Shown in pieces: positions 43,877 to 57,485 of a DNA stretch of 64,000 nucleotides. The notes beneath the pieces were generated by a model that saw nothing but the letters and a program-made list of their open reading frames with translations, did not search any database and had not been told where the DNA came from. The position numbers were made by a program, and so were the translations under genes. Source of the stretch: Takakia lepidozioides (taxonomy: Eukaryota > Plantae > Bryophyta); NCBI GenBank assembly GCA_030704615.1, contig CM060731.1, positions 86,986,001-87,050,000 of the forward strand. Reading direction: 5' to 3'. The first letter of the stretch is position 1. Every line of letters begins with the position of its first letter.

Positions 43877-46800
43877 TGCAAAGGTGTTCCCCGGAGTGGT
43901 TTCGAACACCCAGTCGATTCGGAAAAGACACGATTCCTTCTAGTGTAGAGCCCCGTGGAGATGAACTGAAAGGATAAGAACGCGTCCACAGTGGGCTGCA
44001 CAAGCTGCCTAGCCAGGCCATAAATCAGTGGATCGTGATTCCGGAACGGTGAGATGGTGAACAAACCAAGCGAGATGACGCGGAAGTGCAGGTGCCACGG
44101 GCGCGGGGCTGACGTGGGGTCCCAACATCTTTTCTGAACATCCGCCACGGGCCTGTGAACGGAACGGTTGAAGGGATAAAAAAGGGTATAATGAACCATT
44201 TAAGCGGTCCAGTCTAGGTGTCATGATGTTTTCCTGCTTCCGCTGTGGCTCATGTAGCATCGAAACTGGACTGACGGGTCATATGATTAAGGGGGAATGT
44301 ATAGATCTATCATGGGTGGTGAAACAGGGCCCCCATTTTTGGTATCAGAGCTGCTGATCGCGGCCATTCGAGTTCAAGCTGGCGGACCAAAGGGCTGTCG
44401 ATATGGTCTCACAATGGATGCATATGTCTAACTATACTACACGAACACCAGATATTGGTGACTTGGTTTTGTGTATAGAGAGTTTTGGTCGCATCTCATT
44501 TGCAGGTTTGAATCCGATGTCTCCTTACTGTACACCAGATGATATAGCAGTTCGAATTGTGCATACGGGAGGTGGTACATACGCTAAAACATGGATTCTA
44601 TGTCATGATAGGCACACCTGGGCAGATGCAGAAATAGCTGCGATAGACCACACTAGTCATGTCCGATCAGTCCATTTCGGATGACGAGTTTGAGTTTAGA
44701 AATCATCCGATAGAGCATACACTAGAAGACGTTGATCCCGAGTTGGCAGCACTGCATAGGCTTCTCGAACCCGGGGATATCTTTGTGGATCTCAGGCCAA
44801 CTGGCAACACTAGGTACACTTTTTGGACAACAGGGAATATAGTTGAGTGTAAGGAAGGAGATGTGCTGATTAGAGTAGAGCACTAAGGTTACAAATCAAG
44901 AATGTTGGTTTGGGAGTTGATCGATACGATCGGTAGAGGTAGAGAGTGGATGGTGACCAAGAGAGAGATTTTGTCTTACGAAAATAGTTTGAGAGGAATT
45001 GTTAGGCACTGACGGGTCTGGTAAGACATGCCAAGTTTGGATCAGGCTGTAGTTTCTGATCATCCAGATTTAGGAGATGTATTGATCACTTATAGCATAG
45101 ATTAACGTCATATACTAACCCAAGGCCATCATTCTTTCATCATCGTCAAAGAGCGCATAATGGTGACCTCTGTGTACGAGTCATACATGTTGGAAGTAGG
45201 GTCACTGTGGTTTTGTGGACAAGAGTAGCATATGAGTGGGTGATGGTTTCAGCATTGTCAAGGAGAGTCACTGTGAGTGGAAGAGAAGAAGTGTTGCAAA
45301 ATGGTAGCTGGCCGTCTAGGAACTAGATCATCGTAAGTTTGAGTGTGAGAAGTACACACTCCGTTAACTAACACTAACTTTACTAACAATCCGTTTAAGA
45401 GATGGCCAGTCCGTTGGGAGTCGATGCTCCATATTATGGTAGGGAGTCGGAGGATGTCGTGGACTGGATCGAAAAATTACAGATGGCAAGTGATGTGAGG
45501 GATCTATCAGATGATAAAATATTCAAGGTAGCAAGGTTGAATCTGAAAGGAAAAGCTGATGACTGGTATCGGAGATAGAATCCGAAGTCAGTTGATTGGG
45601 ATAAATTGCAAGTAGCAATGTTAGCAAAGTTCGGACGTGTGGATATGGCGGAGCTCAAGATGAAATTGGATGAGGTTAAGCAGGAACCAAAACAAAGGGT
45701 TCAGGCTTACTTCGATCATTTAAACAAACTCTTTGTCAAGGGACATATTCCCAAGCTAGAACAACATCAAAGATTTATGGGGGGTCTTAGGCATGAGATT
45801 ATGAAGCTTATGCTAGGAACCAAATTTCAGAGTGTTGATGAGGCAGTGGAAACAACTATACAGGTAGAAAGGGGATTATCCAAGATAGGGGAAACACCAT
45901 TCGAGCCTTTGGAAGGAGAAGACGTGGGAGAGGTTTTGGTGACTGGCCCAGTTAATAGACGCCTAGATGCACTCAATCTAACACTAAGCAAGTACTTGAA
46001 AAGAAGAGTGCATGTACCGAGGCTTCTGGTAGTCAGACTCCATTTCGTGGAATACGTTTGTGCAACCTTTGCCAGCAAGAGGGTCAAGTGGCTGCGTTCT
46101 GCCCTACACAAAGGACTCCAGTGAAATGTGCAAAATGCAATCATTATGGTACTCACAGGACAAAAATTGTGGAATCAGATGCACCTTTTGTAAGCTACTA
46201 GGGCACTTCGAACAGGACTGTAGGATGAAGAAAGAGCAAGGTACAAATGCATTGCCTTCTAACAATTTGCTTGAGATTATGTGTGATGATGAAGAGGCAG
46301 TCTTGGAACAGTTGAATCATCACGAGATCAAGGAGATACGTCGACTCCCAAGGGTACGAACACCGGTGGCAACCCCTAATGCTAAGGGAGGTCCAAATTC
46401 ACAAGGATATGGCTTCCTCACAAGAAGAAGTACCGGAGGAACAGGCAAGGACCTCTGGACAGTTTCTTTTCCCAAGAAGGTCTGAAAAATATCCAGAGCC
46501 AACGACAGGAAGGTCAAAAATACTAAATCATTTCTATAAAGGACGCATATCTATGTTACCGATGGATGTTATCATGCATGTACCAGGAGAGTTTGAGAAA
46601 CTGAAGAGCTTGGTCAAGGTGGTGGAAAAGAGTAAGATGGGCGTTTTTTCAGCCAATCGGGTTCAACAAGAGGTTAAACTAACAGAAAATACAAGAGACG
46701 CAGGCATGGAGGCTATATCTTATGCTTTCAATGGCAAGATAAAGGCTTTGCACGCACTGGTGACCATTGGCAATTTCTAGGTAATGGGCCAGATAGATAC

Positions 46801-47625
46801 CGGTGCTATGATATCTGTGATAGCAGCCACAACCATGACAGACTTAAGGCTCATGGGGTGTGTTTTAACAGATCGAGATATGTCATATCGAGTGGCCTCG
46901 GGTGCTGTTGAGATAGCATTGGGAGTACTTGACAACTTGAAAGTCACAGTTGGAAAACTAACTACCAGAATCAGCTTCATGGTAGTGGATACAGACACTT
47001 ACAGTATGCTACTTGGCCTAGACTTCCTGAAGAAGTTTGGAGCAGCAGTTGACACCGAGACAGAGACAGTACTACATGTCAGGTATGGGCCTGGTGTGAA
47101 TGTGACATACTTCCCACTACATACCATGAACCAAGTAAAACCGATTATAGGCAATTTCAATGAGTTTTGCAAGAGCTTGGTTGTGGAACCATTGACTGAG
47201 GATGATGAGCAACAGCCAGAGGTCATGCAGTTGATCAAACAGAGGGCCTACACACTAGGCAGAATCTATTTGTACCCATGGATGAGGATGCACTATCTGA
47301 TTACAGATTAGACATGGAAGACAGTTAGAGTTCTGACTCAAGTGATGAAAGCGATGAGGATGACGAGGAGGGATGTCAAGGCCTATACTCAGACCAGGGT
47401 GCAATAGAGGATTATCTCAAGTGCCTGGAAATCTGGGAAGATGAGGAGCAAGATCAAATCTACTGTGACATTTCTGAGGACCTCAGTCGCAAAGCAATGA
47501 CAGACAATTTAATCAAGGAGGCTTATACCAAGGCCTGGGATGGTGAGGAATTCACCAGTCCAGAATCAGATGATGAGTTCCAAGATTGGACCAAAATCAC
47601 CAACCAACAAAGAAGAGAAGCACAC
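43877..47625 (+). mobile_element. Element 5: truncated relative of element 2 (LTR part, iMet PBS, three small ORFs, degenerate gag-PR)
   Basis: TGGTATCAGAGC at 44340-44351. The gag-PR pseudogene at about 45400-47625 is colinear with 26428-28746 (KILNHFYKGRIS, GQIDTGAM, LLGLDFLKKFG). Boundaries are approximate. Confidence 0.8.
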
Positions 47626-48619
47626 TGACTAGGATCATCGGCTTTCGGGCCGTTCCGCTTTCGCTTGGTCTTGTCCGACCCCATGGTGAGGCCGATCTCA
47701 AGGACGATCGCGTACTGAACTCTAGGCTCTGAGTGTCGCGCACCTCCCTTGGGTAACTCCCCTTTAAGTCATAGTTACTCGCTTTGATGCGCGCGCCTAA
47801 CTCCCAAACTGGCCGCCGGGCCAACTCGGAGCTTCGGCTGCTCACCGGGGCATAACGGTCCCCCTTGCTCCTCCACGAGACCCTCGAACAATTCGGGCCT
47901 AGTGGAAATCCCCTTTGGTTGTTGGCAGTCCGAAATAGCTCCCCACACCTTGGTCGCTTTCCGACTCGCATGCTTGTCCTCTAGCTTTTGGTCACTAACG
48001 GGCTTGCACCGTTTTCGGGGTTGCTACTCTATGTATATACTTCTGTAGGTGTCCGCGGGGGTCTCACAAACAACCAAGTCTTTTTCTGATGAACTGCCAC
48101 CAAGACCCTCGACTCCCTGTGATGAGTCGCGATGAGTCTTGGCCCACCCACCACGAGACAGTGGACACTTGGGCCAACGACACATGTTACCCTAGTACAT
48201 AGGAAAATATCACTTTATCCCACCTGAAACATTCTACCCAAGATTAGAGAGAGAAGGTGGGTTCATCGCAATGCTTCCGCTTACTCTTTCACTTGCCACC
48301 TTGCTCTCCGGAATCATCCTTGAAGCTGAATGACTGGCCTGTCATGTTTTGTTAACTTTCTTTCAACGGTGTCTTCCTGATTCATGTCGTGTCGCCGAGT
48401 ATTACCTCCGGCGTCTGGTGGTTGAAACTCCTCTCTCCCTTTCCATGACTTGATAGCTCATTATCATTTTCCATGAATTGGACGACATCGAGATGTGCCC
48501 GAAATAAGAGCTACAACTTTCCTTTGAAAAGCCCCTTAAGTTTTAGATTTGGTGTTCTATCTGTTGCAGTTACATGGCTCATGTGGAGATTTCCTGACGG
48601 TCGTTTTGGAAATTTGGAA

Positions 48620-49414
48620 TCAATCAGTCAGCCTGGGATTCTGCTCTGCGATTTCTTTCGGTCTCAATGTACTGGACCACTTGCTTAGCAATTCATGAAG
48701 GTCTGCATCCATGCGTGTGCCAATCCCACCCCACACAAGCATGTGGGGCATATCCCGCCACGAATCTCCAGTCACCTCGTAGACCGGTTTCCATCCCAAT
48801 CTGCTGTAATAGCGCACCAGCTTTTCATGGTAGATATCAGTATCATTGATGGCAAGAAGCTCTCCCTTCTGACACCCACAATCCAATCCATGTCGCACCG
48901 ACAAAGCACCTACCAGCAATCCCACCCCAAACACTGACCGACCACTCCGAGATGCACTTGCCTTCGTCAGTCTCATGGTATCCAGGTGTAGGACTGGACC
49001 TTGGATCCATAGCTTGATGAAGCCTTCGGCTTTGCCAAGATTCTTTCCTTCAGGATCCAATGCAGTGACGCTGAATAACGGACCGATGGATTTGAGCTTC
49101 ATAACTACTCCCCTTTCTTCCGCTACTGCAAGGATTTCTGGCATAGTTGGGAGGCCATCTCCTTCTCTCCCTGGTAAAGCTTTTGCGTCGTGACGACTCG
49201 GTAGTTCCCCTCCCATCGCCCGTGCCAGTGGCTGTATCGTAGTCACACTGCCCTGACCCACTAATCGAGAGTACCGGAGAGTGCGCACGCAGTCACGAGT
49301 ACACCCAGAACTGCATGCCAAACGCAGAGACCATCTATTCATCAAAGGAATTTTCCTTCGAAAACCCACGGATAAGGGCACCGGATGCAACAACATCGCA
49401 GATGCCATAGCCAT
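48620..49414 (-). CDS. Conserved plant protein of unknown function, probable plastid transit peptide, GNAT-like region
   Basis: Intronless 264-aa ORF with an S/R-rich N-terminus and the motif ELLAIND...HEKLVRYYSRLGW...LVWGGIGTRMDA. Confidence 0.8.
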   Translation of the reverse strand: MAMASAMLLHPVPLSVGFRRKIPLMNRWSLRLACSSGCTRDCVRTLRYSRLVGQGSVTTIQPLARAMGGELPSRHDAKALPGREGDGLPTMPEILAVAEERGVVMKLKSIGPLFSVTALDPEGKNLGKAEGFIKLWIQGPVLHLDTMRLTKASASRSGRSVFGVGLLVGALSVRHGLDCGCQKGELLAINDTDIYHEKLVRYYSRLGWKPVYEVTGDSWRDMPHMLVWGGIGTRMDADLHELLSKWSSTLRPKEIAEQNPRLTD

Positions 49415-49744
49415 GTTTGAAGCTTTTGTCTACCGTACAGGAGGTATCAAAATTGGATTACGACGGGACGGAATAGGAAGTACAGTTGCTTGTAAAGAGG
49501 GTAACGATGTAAAGTGCAAAAATGGAGAAGACTCCGGATGACCGTGGCCACCCTTACGGATGGATGGCCAACGTAGATGCGAGACTTGTCTTGTGGGGCA
49601 GTAAGTTCATTGTGTAATGGGTGTGGGGGAATTGGAAGGTTCGATTTATTTCAGTTGAAGGCTTGTCTCTGCATTTGTGTTTGGGTCATACAGGCAGCGA
49701 ATTTGTCGCTGAGAGAAAAGAGAGACCACCAGCGCTGCATCAGT

Positions 49745-52700
49745 ATGAAGCGCTCTATGCCAGGCACTGGCCGCCACGAACCTGTGAGCCTCTCCATTCT
49801 CCTTCACTCAATCTCGGCTCTCTTTTTCTTCTTCACGGTTAGCTTTGCATTTTTTGTTTTCAATGGCTCAAAGGTTGCGACATGTTATACCTGCTTATAA
49901 TGTAGCTTCTCTCAAAAACTGTAAACCCCAGTTCTTAATTTTGAAAGTAATAGTTGTAACAGGCCATATTTTGAGGCAATCCTTTCCTTGCAAGTACCTG
50001 AGACGTGTTATTTCCTGTGTCCTGAAGGTATCTATCAGTGGAGGCACTGATTACACGGAGATGCATATAAACTGGTCGATCGCTAGCGCAGCCCAATTTA
50101 GTAGCTCTGCTCTTTACTGTTCGGGCACTCCTAATGTGAGGAGGGAACAGAGTGCAAGAGAGTGCAATGCTCTTGCATTATATGTCTGAGAACAATGCCC
50201 CAACCCCCCAAGCCATGGATCTGGAGGGTACAGGCACTTGGAGAGACAACCGAAGGGATAAAGTCACCCCAGCTTTGCCCCCCCTGGTTTTGGAAGTGGC
50301 AAAACCCCTCCCCAATGTCTCCCCTTAAAGTACTTACACCAGAGTTATTGGTCACCCATATGACCAGCGGTTTCAAACTGCAGTGCAGACGATGGACATC
50401 ACTATGATACCAACCAGTGCTACTTGCAAGATTCAAATCCAGCACCAAACGACTTCAACTGTTTAGACACCTTCCCATGTCTGCGCAACCTCTAGCATCA
50501 GGAAGCTGCCTACCACGTAAAGAATTTCTGAATTTCTTTGGGAAGGACAAAGACAATGTCCTCACTCACGTCCTTCAGGATCAGAGACAATCATATGTTG
50601 TTGTACATTCCCTTTCACATGATTGGTTGGGAGTCATTGGCTTATAAGGTGGTGTCCATTTTTGCTACAGGCAAGGGAAGGGCAGACATGGCTATCAAGG
50701 GCCCTCAACCCCGCCTACTTTTTACCAGGCATGGTAATAGGGTTTTTACTGGGCCTCTGGGTGGAGTTACCCAAGGGAGGGTTTGGTAGGGGCTCATCCA
50801 GTCAAGACTTGGAGGAGCCAACGGATGAGAGTAAAGGGAGTAGGGGTGGGCGGAAACGTGGCCGGCAGACCAGTGTTAGCTCAGGTTCTAGGTCTGCTGC
50901 TGACAGTGGCGGGGAGTTAAAAATGGTGAGAGATCGAGTGTCCTAACAATCTTGTTGTTTTAGAATTCACAGGTTTATGTTGCAACTCAGAGTGGGGGTA
51001 GACAGGTAAGCAAATTCAATACTTGGTTTGAAAGTTCAATTTTGGTCTTGGTGGCGCTTTCGCTTGCATGCATCAGTGAAGCAGCATTTGTTTCCCTCAT
51101 GTCGTTCCTGATGAAGTTATGTGATTTCATTGGAATGTATGCAGGTGTTTGTGGTGCGACAAGACTTGAGGATGGGAGGTGGGAAAATTGCGTCACAATG
51201 TGCACGTAAGCTCTCTGCTTGTCACACAACACTCTTTAAGGTTTGCCTTTTGTTCCTTATTTTATACCACTGCTATTCTCATCAAGCACTTGTTGTTCAA
51301 CAATGTGATGGCCTGTTTTCATGTCAGGATTCTCAATTCATCCATTCTAGCTGCTGAGGTTGGCCTTGCTTTGTCCCCACTTCATGTGAGAAACCATTCT
51401 ACATGGTGAAGTTTGATTAGCGGGGCTCAATGCTCTCCTTATCGCAAGATGATTATGGTGGTGAGGCACTGGTGGAGTCAAAGTGTCGTGAAATTTTTTC
51501 ATGGCTCCTTGCATGCACCTGACACTTTGTTGGGGTTTGCACTTCTCATGTTGTTTCATTAAATCAATAGTTCCATTTTGAATCTCTTTGGTGGGCCGTT
51601 GATCTTCATGGTTCTTATTGTCTGCAAGTCAAAACCATATGGTGGTTGACGATGTATGCAGATGCGGCTGTTGGCATCTACCATGAGCTTCTGACAAGGT
51701 GTGCAAACCCACTTTCTTCAGTTTTTTTGGCAATGGTGAATGAAAGCTAGGTTCTGGTATCATCATCACCAAATGACTTTTTCTGGGCAAGAGAACCTCC
51801 CATCCCTTCACCAGGATTGTAGGTTGTGTCAGCCTTTCATGTTCTCAGCATTTCCAAGATTCTCTTAAATTCTAGGTGGTCCAGCAATTTTGCATTCATG
51901 GAATTAAACACTAAATTATGCTACGATGCAAATTTACTGTGAGGGTGGCGCAGGCAGCGAGCTTTGTTGAACAGATGGGAGGAGTGTGGACAGCCCAAAA
52001 TTGTGGTCACCTGCAAAAACCAACAAGAAATGTGAGAGGCTCCTGTTAGGTTTGTTGAACATGATTGGCATTTTTGTATAGCTTCTTCGTCTTAGACCAT
52101 GGTTGCACTGAATGAATTTAAACCCAGCTTTTGATGATTGCAGGGGTTGTTAATTATCTCACCGTGTAGCCAGACTGAGCAGAGTCCCTGGAGTCTTTAG
52201 TTCTAGACTCGACCTCATCTCTATGTGCCAATATCATCCAGCTTATGTGTGCATGGACCTGCACCTTTGGAGGTAATTTTTTGATGGAGATGGTGGTAGG
52301 TGAGCAGGAATATGTTGCGGAGTAAGGCAGAAATTGGGGGACTCCCAACTTTTACGGTTGCAGATGCAGGACGCACCCAGGTATAGATAAGCTAAATTCT
52401 CATGTGCCAGCACTTTGACTTCTACATGTCACAAACTCAAAATGTATCAGGGTGTGGGATCAAGCAAATTTTGATCAGTTTGATGCAATAGGTGAACCTG
52501 CTTGATGGCTTCATATTACGCATTCGACATTGAGTGTAGGGTTTGAACAGATTATTGCATTTCTGGATGGTAACAGGTGGCAGCAGGGTCAAAAACTGTG
52601 CTTGTTATTGGGCCAGGTTAGTCATATAATGAAGAACTCTGTCACTCCTCTCGTCTCCTATTTCTGGACTCGCTTATCCTGCAAGTGAATGTCAACCCTT

Positions 52701-53018
52701 TAATGAATTCACCAATCAGACTGTTGTTCAGCACAAGCACTATGGTAATGTCAAACAAGATTTCATAGTGGGGGGACCCAATGACTGGCTCTGTGGGGGT
52801 TAGTACCCTTCAAAGCTTGAGCCAAATGTTGCCAATTTGGCTCCACATGGAACTTAACATGCCATTCATCTGGTTGGCAGGTGAAACTTAACAATTATTC
52901 TGGTTTTCTCAGATAGATATGAGTCCATCGTTTACATAAGATGTGGATTTTGGTGGTCACTGTCACAGGAACCAAGGCAAGAGTCGACTCTGTCACACGG
53001 CATCTTCGGCTTCTGTAA
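49745..53018 (+). CDS. PTH2: Peptidyl-tRNA hydrolase 2 family protein, 8 exons (49745-49783, 50671-50925, 51145-51205, 51662-51698, 51954-52031, 52308-52380, 52577-52616, 52969-53018)
   Basis: GT-AG introns give KMVFVVRQDLRMGGGKIASQCAHAA...WEECGQPKIVV...DAGRTQVAAGSKTVLVIGP...HLRLL*. Exon 1 is less certain. Confidence 0.9.
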
Positions 53019-54366
53019 CCTTGTTTGTACTCTGTATTTGCGGTGTGTTTTGTAGTCTAGTAGCAAAATGGGATCCTAAGGGAAGAATCGGGCTTTTAGC
53101 TGGGGTGTAAAAAGATTTCTTCTATAGCTGTTTTGTGGCCCTTGAGAGGATAGGTCATAGAGTTCTCTGATGGCCAGGTTGCAGTTCTATTTTGAGTCTG
53201 TAAATTCGCCAGAAGACAAACAAGTTTGTTGGCTCTACTCTGCAGAAGGGATTGGTGCAGGTTTTGAAATACCATAACGGTACCTTGCATGTTCCCCAAA
53301 TTCTCTGTAATTAAATGGGTCCTGCCTAGTATCAGCGAAAGGCAGTCCATCACTGATTACGAAAATCAATGTTGTCAATGCATTGTTTAGTTGATCAGTA
53401 GTGAGTAGACTTCCTGTGCCTGTCCCCTTTTCTACCTAAGAAGTCCAGTGCTGGTTTCTTAGGTTACTCTGTGTTCATATTGATGGTTTTGTTGCCATTT
53501 TACTGCACTGTCTGCGACTACTTTTCCTACACCTACCTTTCTCCTCCTCTGTGCACTGTCAGTGTGCCTCCTTTTTACCTGTGTGTTTTTCCTGTTTTTC
53601 CTTGGGTTGCGTCCTGGTTGTACCCATTTTGTAAGCCTTCTTGGCCATCGAGGTTATTTTTGAATGGAGCCCTGTAATTTGAAAGCAAGGAAAAAACAAC
53701 CTTGTGATCCGCGAGGTCCCTTTAAAAAAATTAAAAAAATAAACAGGGGACAGAGGCCCTGGTCCTTTTAATTTCATCATTGGTCCCCTAGGCTTTCAAA
53801 AATTCAAAACAAAATAAACAATCTGCATGGAATATATGCTATGAATCGTGATGGCTCATTTTCTCCTGGCTTGGCCTATTCATTATTGTCTGACAGGTTC
53901 ATCCCATGCCAGGTTCATCCCATGCCAGTAGTATTTACGGCAGTGGTATTTACGGCGGGAGATCATTATATACAGAGATCGTTATATATAGCCTGACCTA
54001 TACTTGTTTGAGGTTATCCTAGAGCTTTGTGGCTGCATCTGGCCCCTTCATTGGTCTACGGGCCAGATCTGTTTGTAATCTAGGCACCCCGTGGGGGTAT
54101 TGCCTCACCCTAGGTTTTGGGTATAAGCTTGTTCTTGACCTTGAGTCAGGGCCCTTCTTCTCGTATGTACAACTTGGTGTACGGGCTTCTGGACGTGCTC
54201 TGTGAGCTTTGGATGTATGTGTGTTAGCTCTGCATATGTTGTACGTGGGATCCTCTACATGTTCATCTCTCTTCTCGTGCTGTAAAGCCCACTCCTTCCG
54301 AGCTCTTACACCCCGAGTTTAACGTGCACTTGTGAGGACGGGAGAATCTCATTCAAGCACAAAATA

Positions 54367-54374
54367 TGGTGGAG
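54367..54374 (+). promoter_or_regulatory. PBS, probably tRNA-Ala
   Basis: TGGTGGAG directly after A1, complementary to a ...CUCCACCA tRNA end. Confidence 0.6.
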
Positions 54375-55771
54375 TCTTGTGGGTCCGCACGTACAGTGAT
54401 TTTGCGCAGTTACCTCGGGTTGAATCTGGTTTTTGAAGCAAAGTTTTTGGGCTCAAGAGGAGGTTGCGATGGCGGCGGCAGCCTCACTCTTCGCGCTGTG
54501 CAATTTCATTTCCTTGCCTTGCTTGTTTTTCTTGTGTTACAATGGCATCTGCAGTTCTATGTAGTTTGTCGAGCGAGAGAGATGACAGTGGTTCCATTTT
54601 AGTTAAGATTGAACTGAGAGTGGAGGTTGCAGGTTCTGACGTGGTTGGTTCCAGCCAGTTAGTTTTGGGCGTTCCTGTGTCTGCTTCCAATTTACAGGTA
54701 GTGGAGGGTCATCCCGTCTCGGAAGTGCCTGCAACTCCTACCACGCGTGTTCCATTGTTGATTCCAGAGGTTCCTGTTCCTGACATATCTCCTCAGGCTC
54801 TAACTACTCAGCGTATGCCAGGGCAGAAGCGGCCTTTGAAGAAAGAGCCTTGTATTCGGCTCGTGGCTCAGTGAGTTCGGGCTCTTTGCCAAGCGGTGAC
54901 CCTGACAGAGCTGATTACGGTTTGGGCTACGTTGAGCCTGCTTACACTCTTGAGGGGTTGCCTGATGTTAACTCGCAAATCCAGGACTCTCTTGTGTTTG
55001 ACAGTGAGCAGCTCGAGTTGAGCAGTGAAGACTTGGTGTGGATCGATAAATTCGAATCTCGATTTTTTGTGGACGTCTCGCGTTTCTCAACCACTGAACG
55101 GGAGAGGGTCTCTGCCTGGATCAACGATCCTGCTTTACTAGTGAGAGAAGTTCATAGTGTGATTGACAAAGAGCTAGCTTTGAGGAGACAGTTCAAGGTG
55201 CCTATCCCCGAATTCAAAAATCGATTTTTGTCTTACGGTGCCCTGGAATTCAGGCAGTTTGGGCTTTGCGAACAAATCTCCGTTCAATCCCTTGACGTTC
55301 TGCTGGTGTCTTGCAATTTTGTGGATCCGTGACATTTGGCTTTGTTCACCAGTGGCATTGGTGCGATTTTGTTACGATTGTTAAGATTTGGGAGTCTTTG
55401 CGGTGTGTACACCTACTACCCGTGACCTTGTTGATTCTCTCACGGGTCATAGTGAGAAGGCTCTTCAAGGAGATCTTGTTATTCTTCCTCACGAGCGATT
55501 CACTCTCCGCTCGATTCGCAAACTGAACGTTTTTTACTCCATCGAGCATTGGCCACCGAGCACCGTCTTGTCTCGAGAAGTGGCCGTTACTGGGGGTCAA
55601 ACTACACCTTGGTGGGTTTTTGGTTCAAGAATTCCCGCGGGTGGAATTGGTTGGCTCTTGCTGAGCATGATCAAGAGACACACAAGCTTTGGAGGATCGT
55701 GACTCCACAAGCTTGGCAGTGTACCAGTGTGGTGGAAGTTGAAGATCTCTAAAGGTGGTGATTCCTAACTA

Positions 55772-57414
55772 ATGTCCAACTCGCCCAATAGCCGTTGGTT
55801 GCGTTCAGGTAGAAATAGGATATTTGTTGCTCCTGTGTTATCTCCAGTCACTGAGCCTCGACATAGGACTTTTGTAGAGTCAGATTTGGTATCAATGGAA
55901 AAAAGATTTAGTGGGGTTGATGGTAGAAATCAGGCCAGGGCTTCCAATGGTCTTGGACTTGCGGCAGCCACTAGCACCAGGCCTGGCTTGGGTGGTAGAA
56001 TTCGGGAAAACTTGGATGTTGCAAATGATACGAGGGCCAACCTGTATGCCATGAATTTCCATGCACGACGGATGGACGGCTTGGATCGCATAGGGGAGTC
56101 ACCTGCAGGTCAGCCTAGCATCTCAGTTTCGAGTTTCGCTCTACCGGCAGAATTGAGGCCTATTTCCTTGCATGACAATCCTCAATTTCAAGGTATGCCT
56201 GTCACCTCCTCTCGTGCATCTCATCCTTTGTACGTGGCTAGTGAATCCGCTTGGTCTGGCCCTGTGCGAAGCCAAGTGCTTGCACAGAGTCAACCAGCTC
56301 TTCAATCATGGTCTAGTACCCCACCTATTATATTACCTCTCTCCCGGGCTATGGGAGGGATGGCAGTTCATGAGGATGGAGGTGCGAGGTCAGGTTACAA
56401 TAATTTGGGAATTCAGCCAGTAGCTCTTCAGGGACATGTAGATGTTGGTCATGTAGCACCGGTGATTACTTATGCCTATCCTGAGTATAGCATGGGAAAT
56501 AAGATAGAGAATTTTCAAGAATTGTTTGAAGTCAGCTCAATGAACAAAGCTACGGAAGAGGTCATGATAGGTACATTCCGCATGAGCATGTAAGGAGAAG
56601 CTAATGATTTGTTGCATGTAGCTTTAGTGGTGAAGAACACCTGACTTGGGCCAAGGTTAAAAGAAGAGCCCTCATGATCTTTAAACCTGTGGAGAGGCCT
56701 TTGGATAGCCTTGACAAACTTTGTGGCCGGCCATACAAGGAGCGTGAGTCTCTTTGGCAATACTTTTTAGAGTTAAGGGCTGCTGCTGTTGAATAAGTGC
56801 CTGAAGATGTTATTATTAGGGAGAGATTGCTAAGACAACACTTCTTGAGAGGCATGCCAGCAGAAGTTAAAGCTTGGGGACAACGTCGTACTTTCAGGGA
56901 TAGTGATGAGATGTTGCATGAGGTTAGTCTTAAGCTTAGGGACCTGGCTGAAGCTAAGCAACGGCGACACCATGTGAAATTTCAGATCCCTTATATGGAT
57001 CATGAAGACACCATGGCCGCCACATTTGATGAGAGAGAGACCTCTCCTGTTGGGTCTGAGTCTAGTGACTCTGCTTTGCAAGAACTAGTTCACACTGTAG
57101 GTGAGTTGGGAAAAAACATAGCTACTCAATTTGCAGCCTTGAAGGCTGATCAGCAGAGGACTGAGTGGAGACCCAGAGACCAGCAAAGAGCTGAATACAA
57201 GCCCAGAGATCAACAGAGAGGTAAAGGTGGAGGGTTCAGAGGTAAGACCCAAACATGGGCCACTTATGAGAGGAAGTTTGCTCCCTGTTATATTTGTGGC
57301 AGTGATGAGCATTACACTAAGGTGTGTCCTGACCGTGAGGGCTATGCTGATTATGTCAAAGAAAAGAAGAAGGCAGGGTCTTCCAACCAGGCTGCCCACA
57401 CACATTTAAACTAA
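55772..57414 (+). pseudogene. gag: Element 4 gag
   Basis: LRQHFLRGMP and knuckle CYICGSDEHYTKVC, with internal stops. Confidence 0.75.
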
Positions 57415-57464
57415 AAAGATCTCTTGGGCAGGGGACAAGAGGTCATGGGAAGCAGCACCCTGTT
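57405..57464 (+). promoter_or_regulatory. -1 ribosomal frameshift signal (T TTA AAC plus a probable pseudoknot)
   Basis: Heptamer in the correct phase before the gag TAA. The -1 frame runs into the protease ORF at 57486. Confidence 0.75.
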
Positions 57465-57485
57465 GATGCAAGTAAGAAGAGGGTC

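Noticed and set aside
44320-44351. Element 5 as a fourth permuted-LTR example
   Set aside because: Its 3' end is lost and a CA lies 4 nt before the PBS, so the case is ambiguous.
47625-48068. Possible solo LTR ending ...GGTCTCACA
   Set aside because: No second copy, TSD or clear other end in the window.
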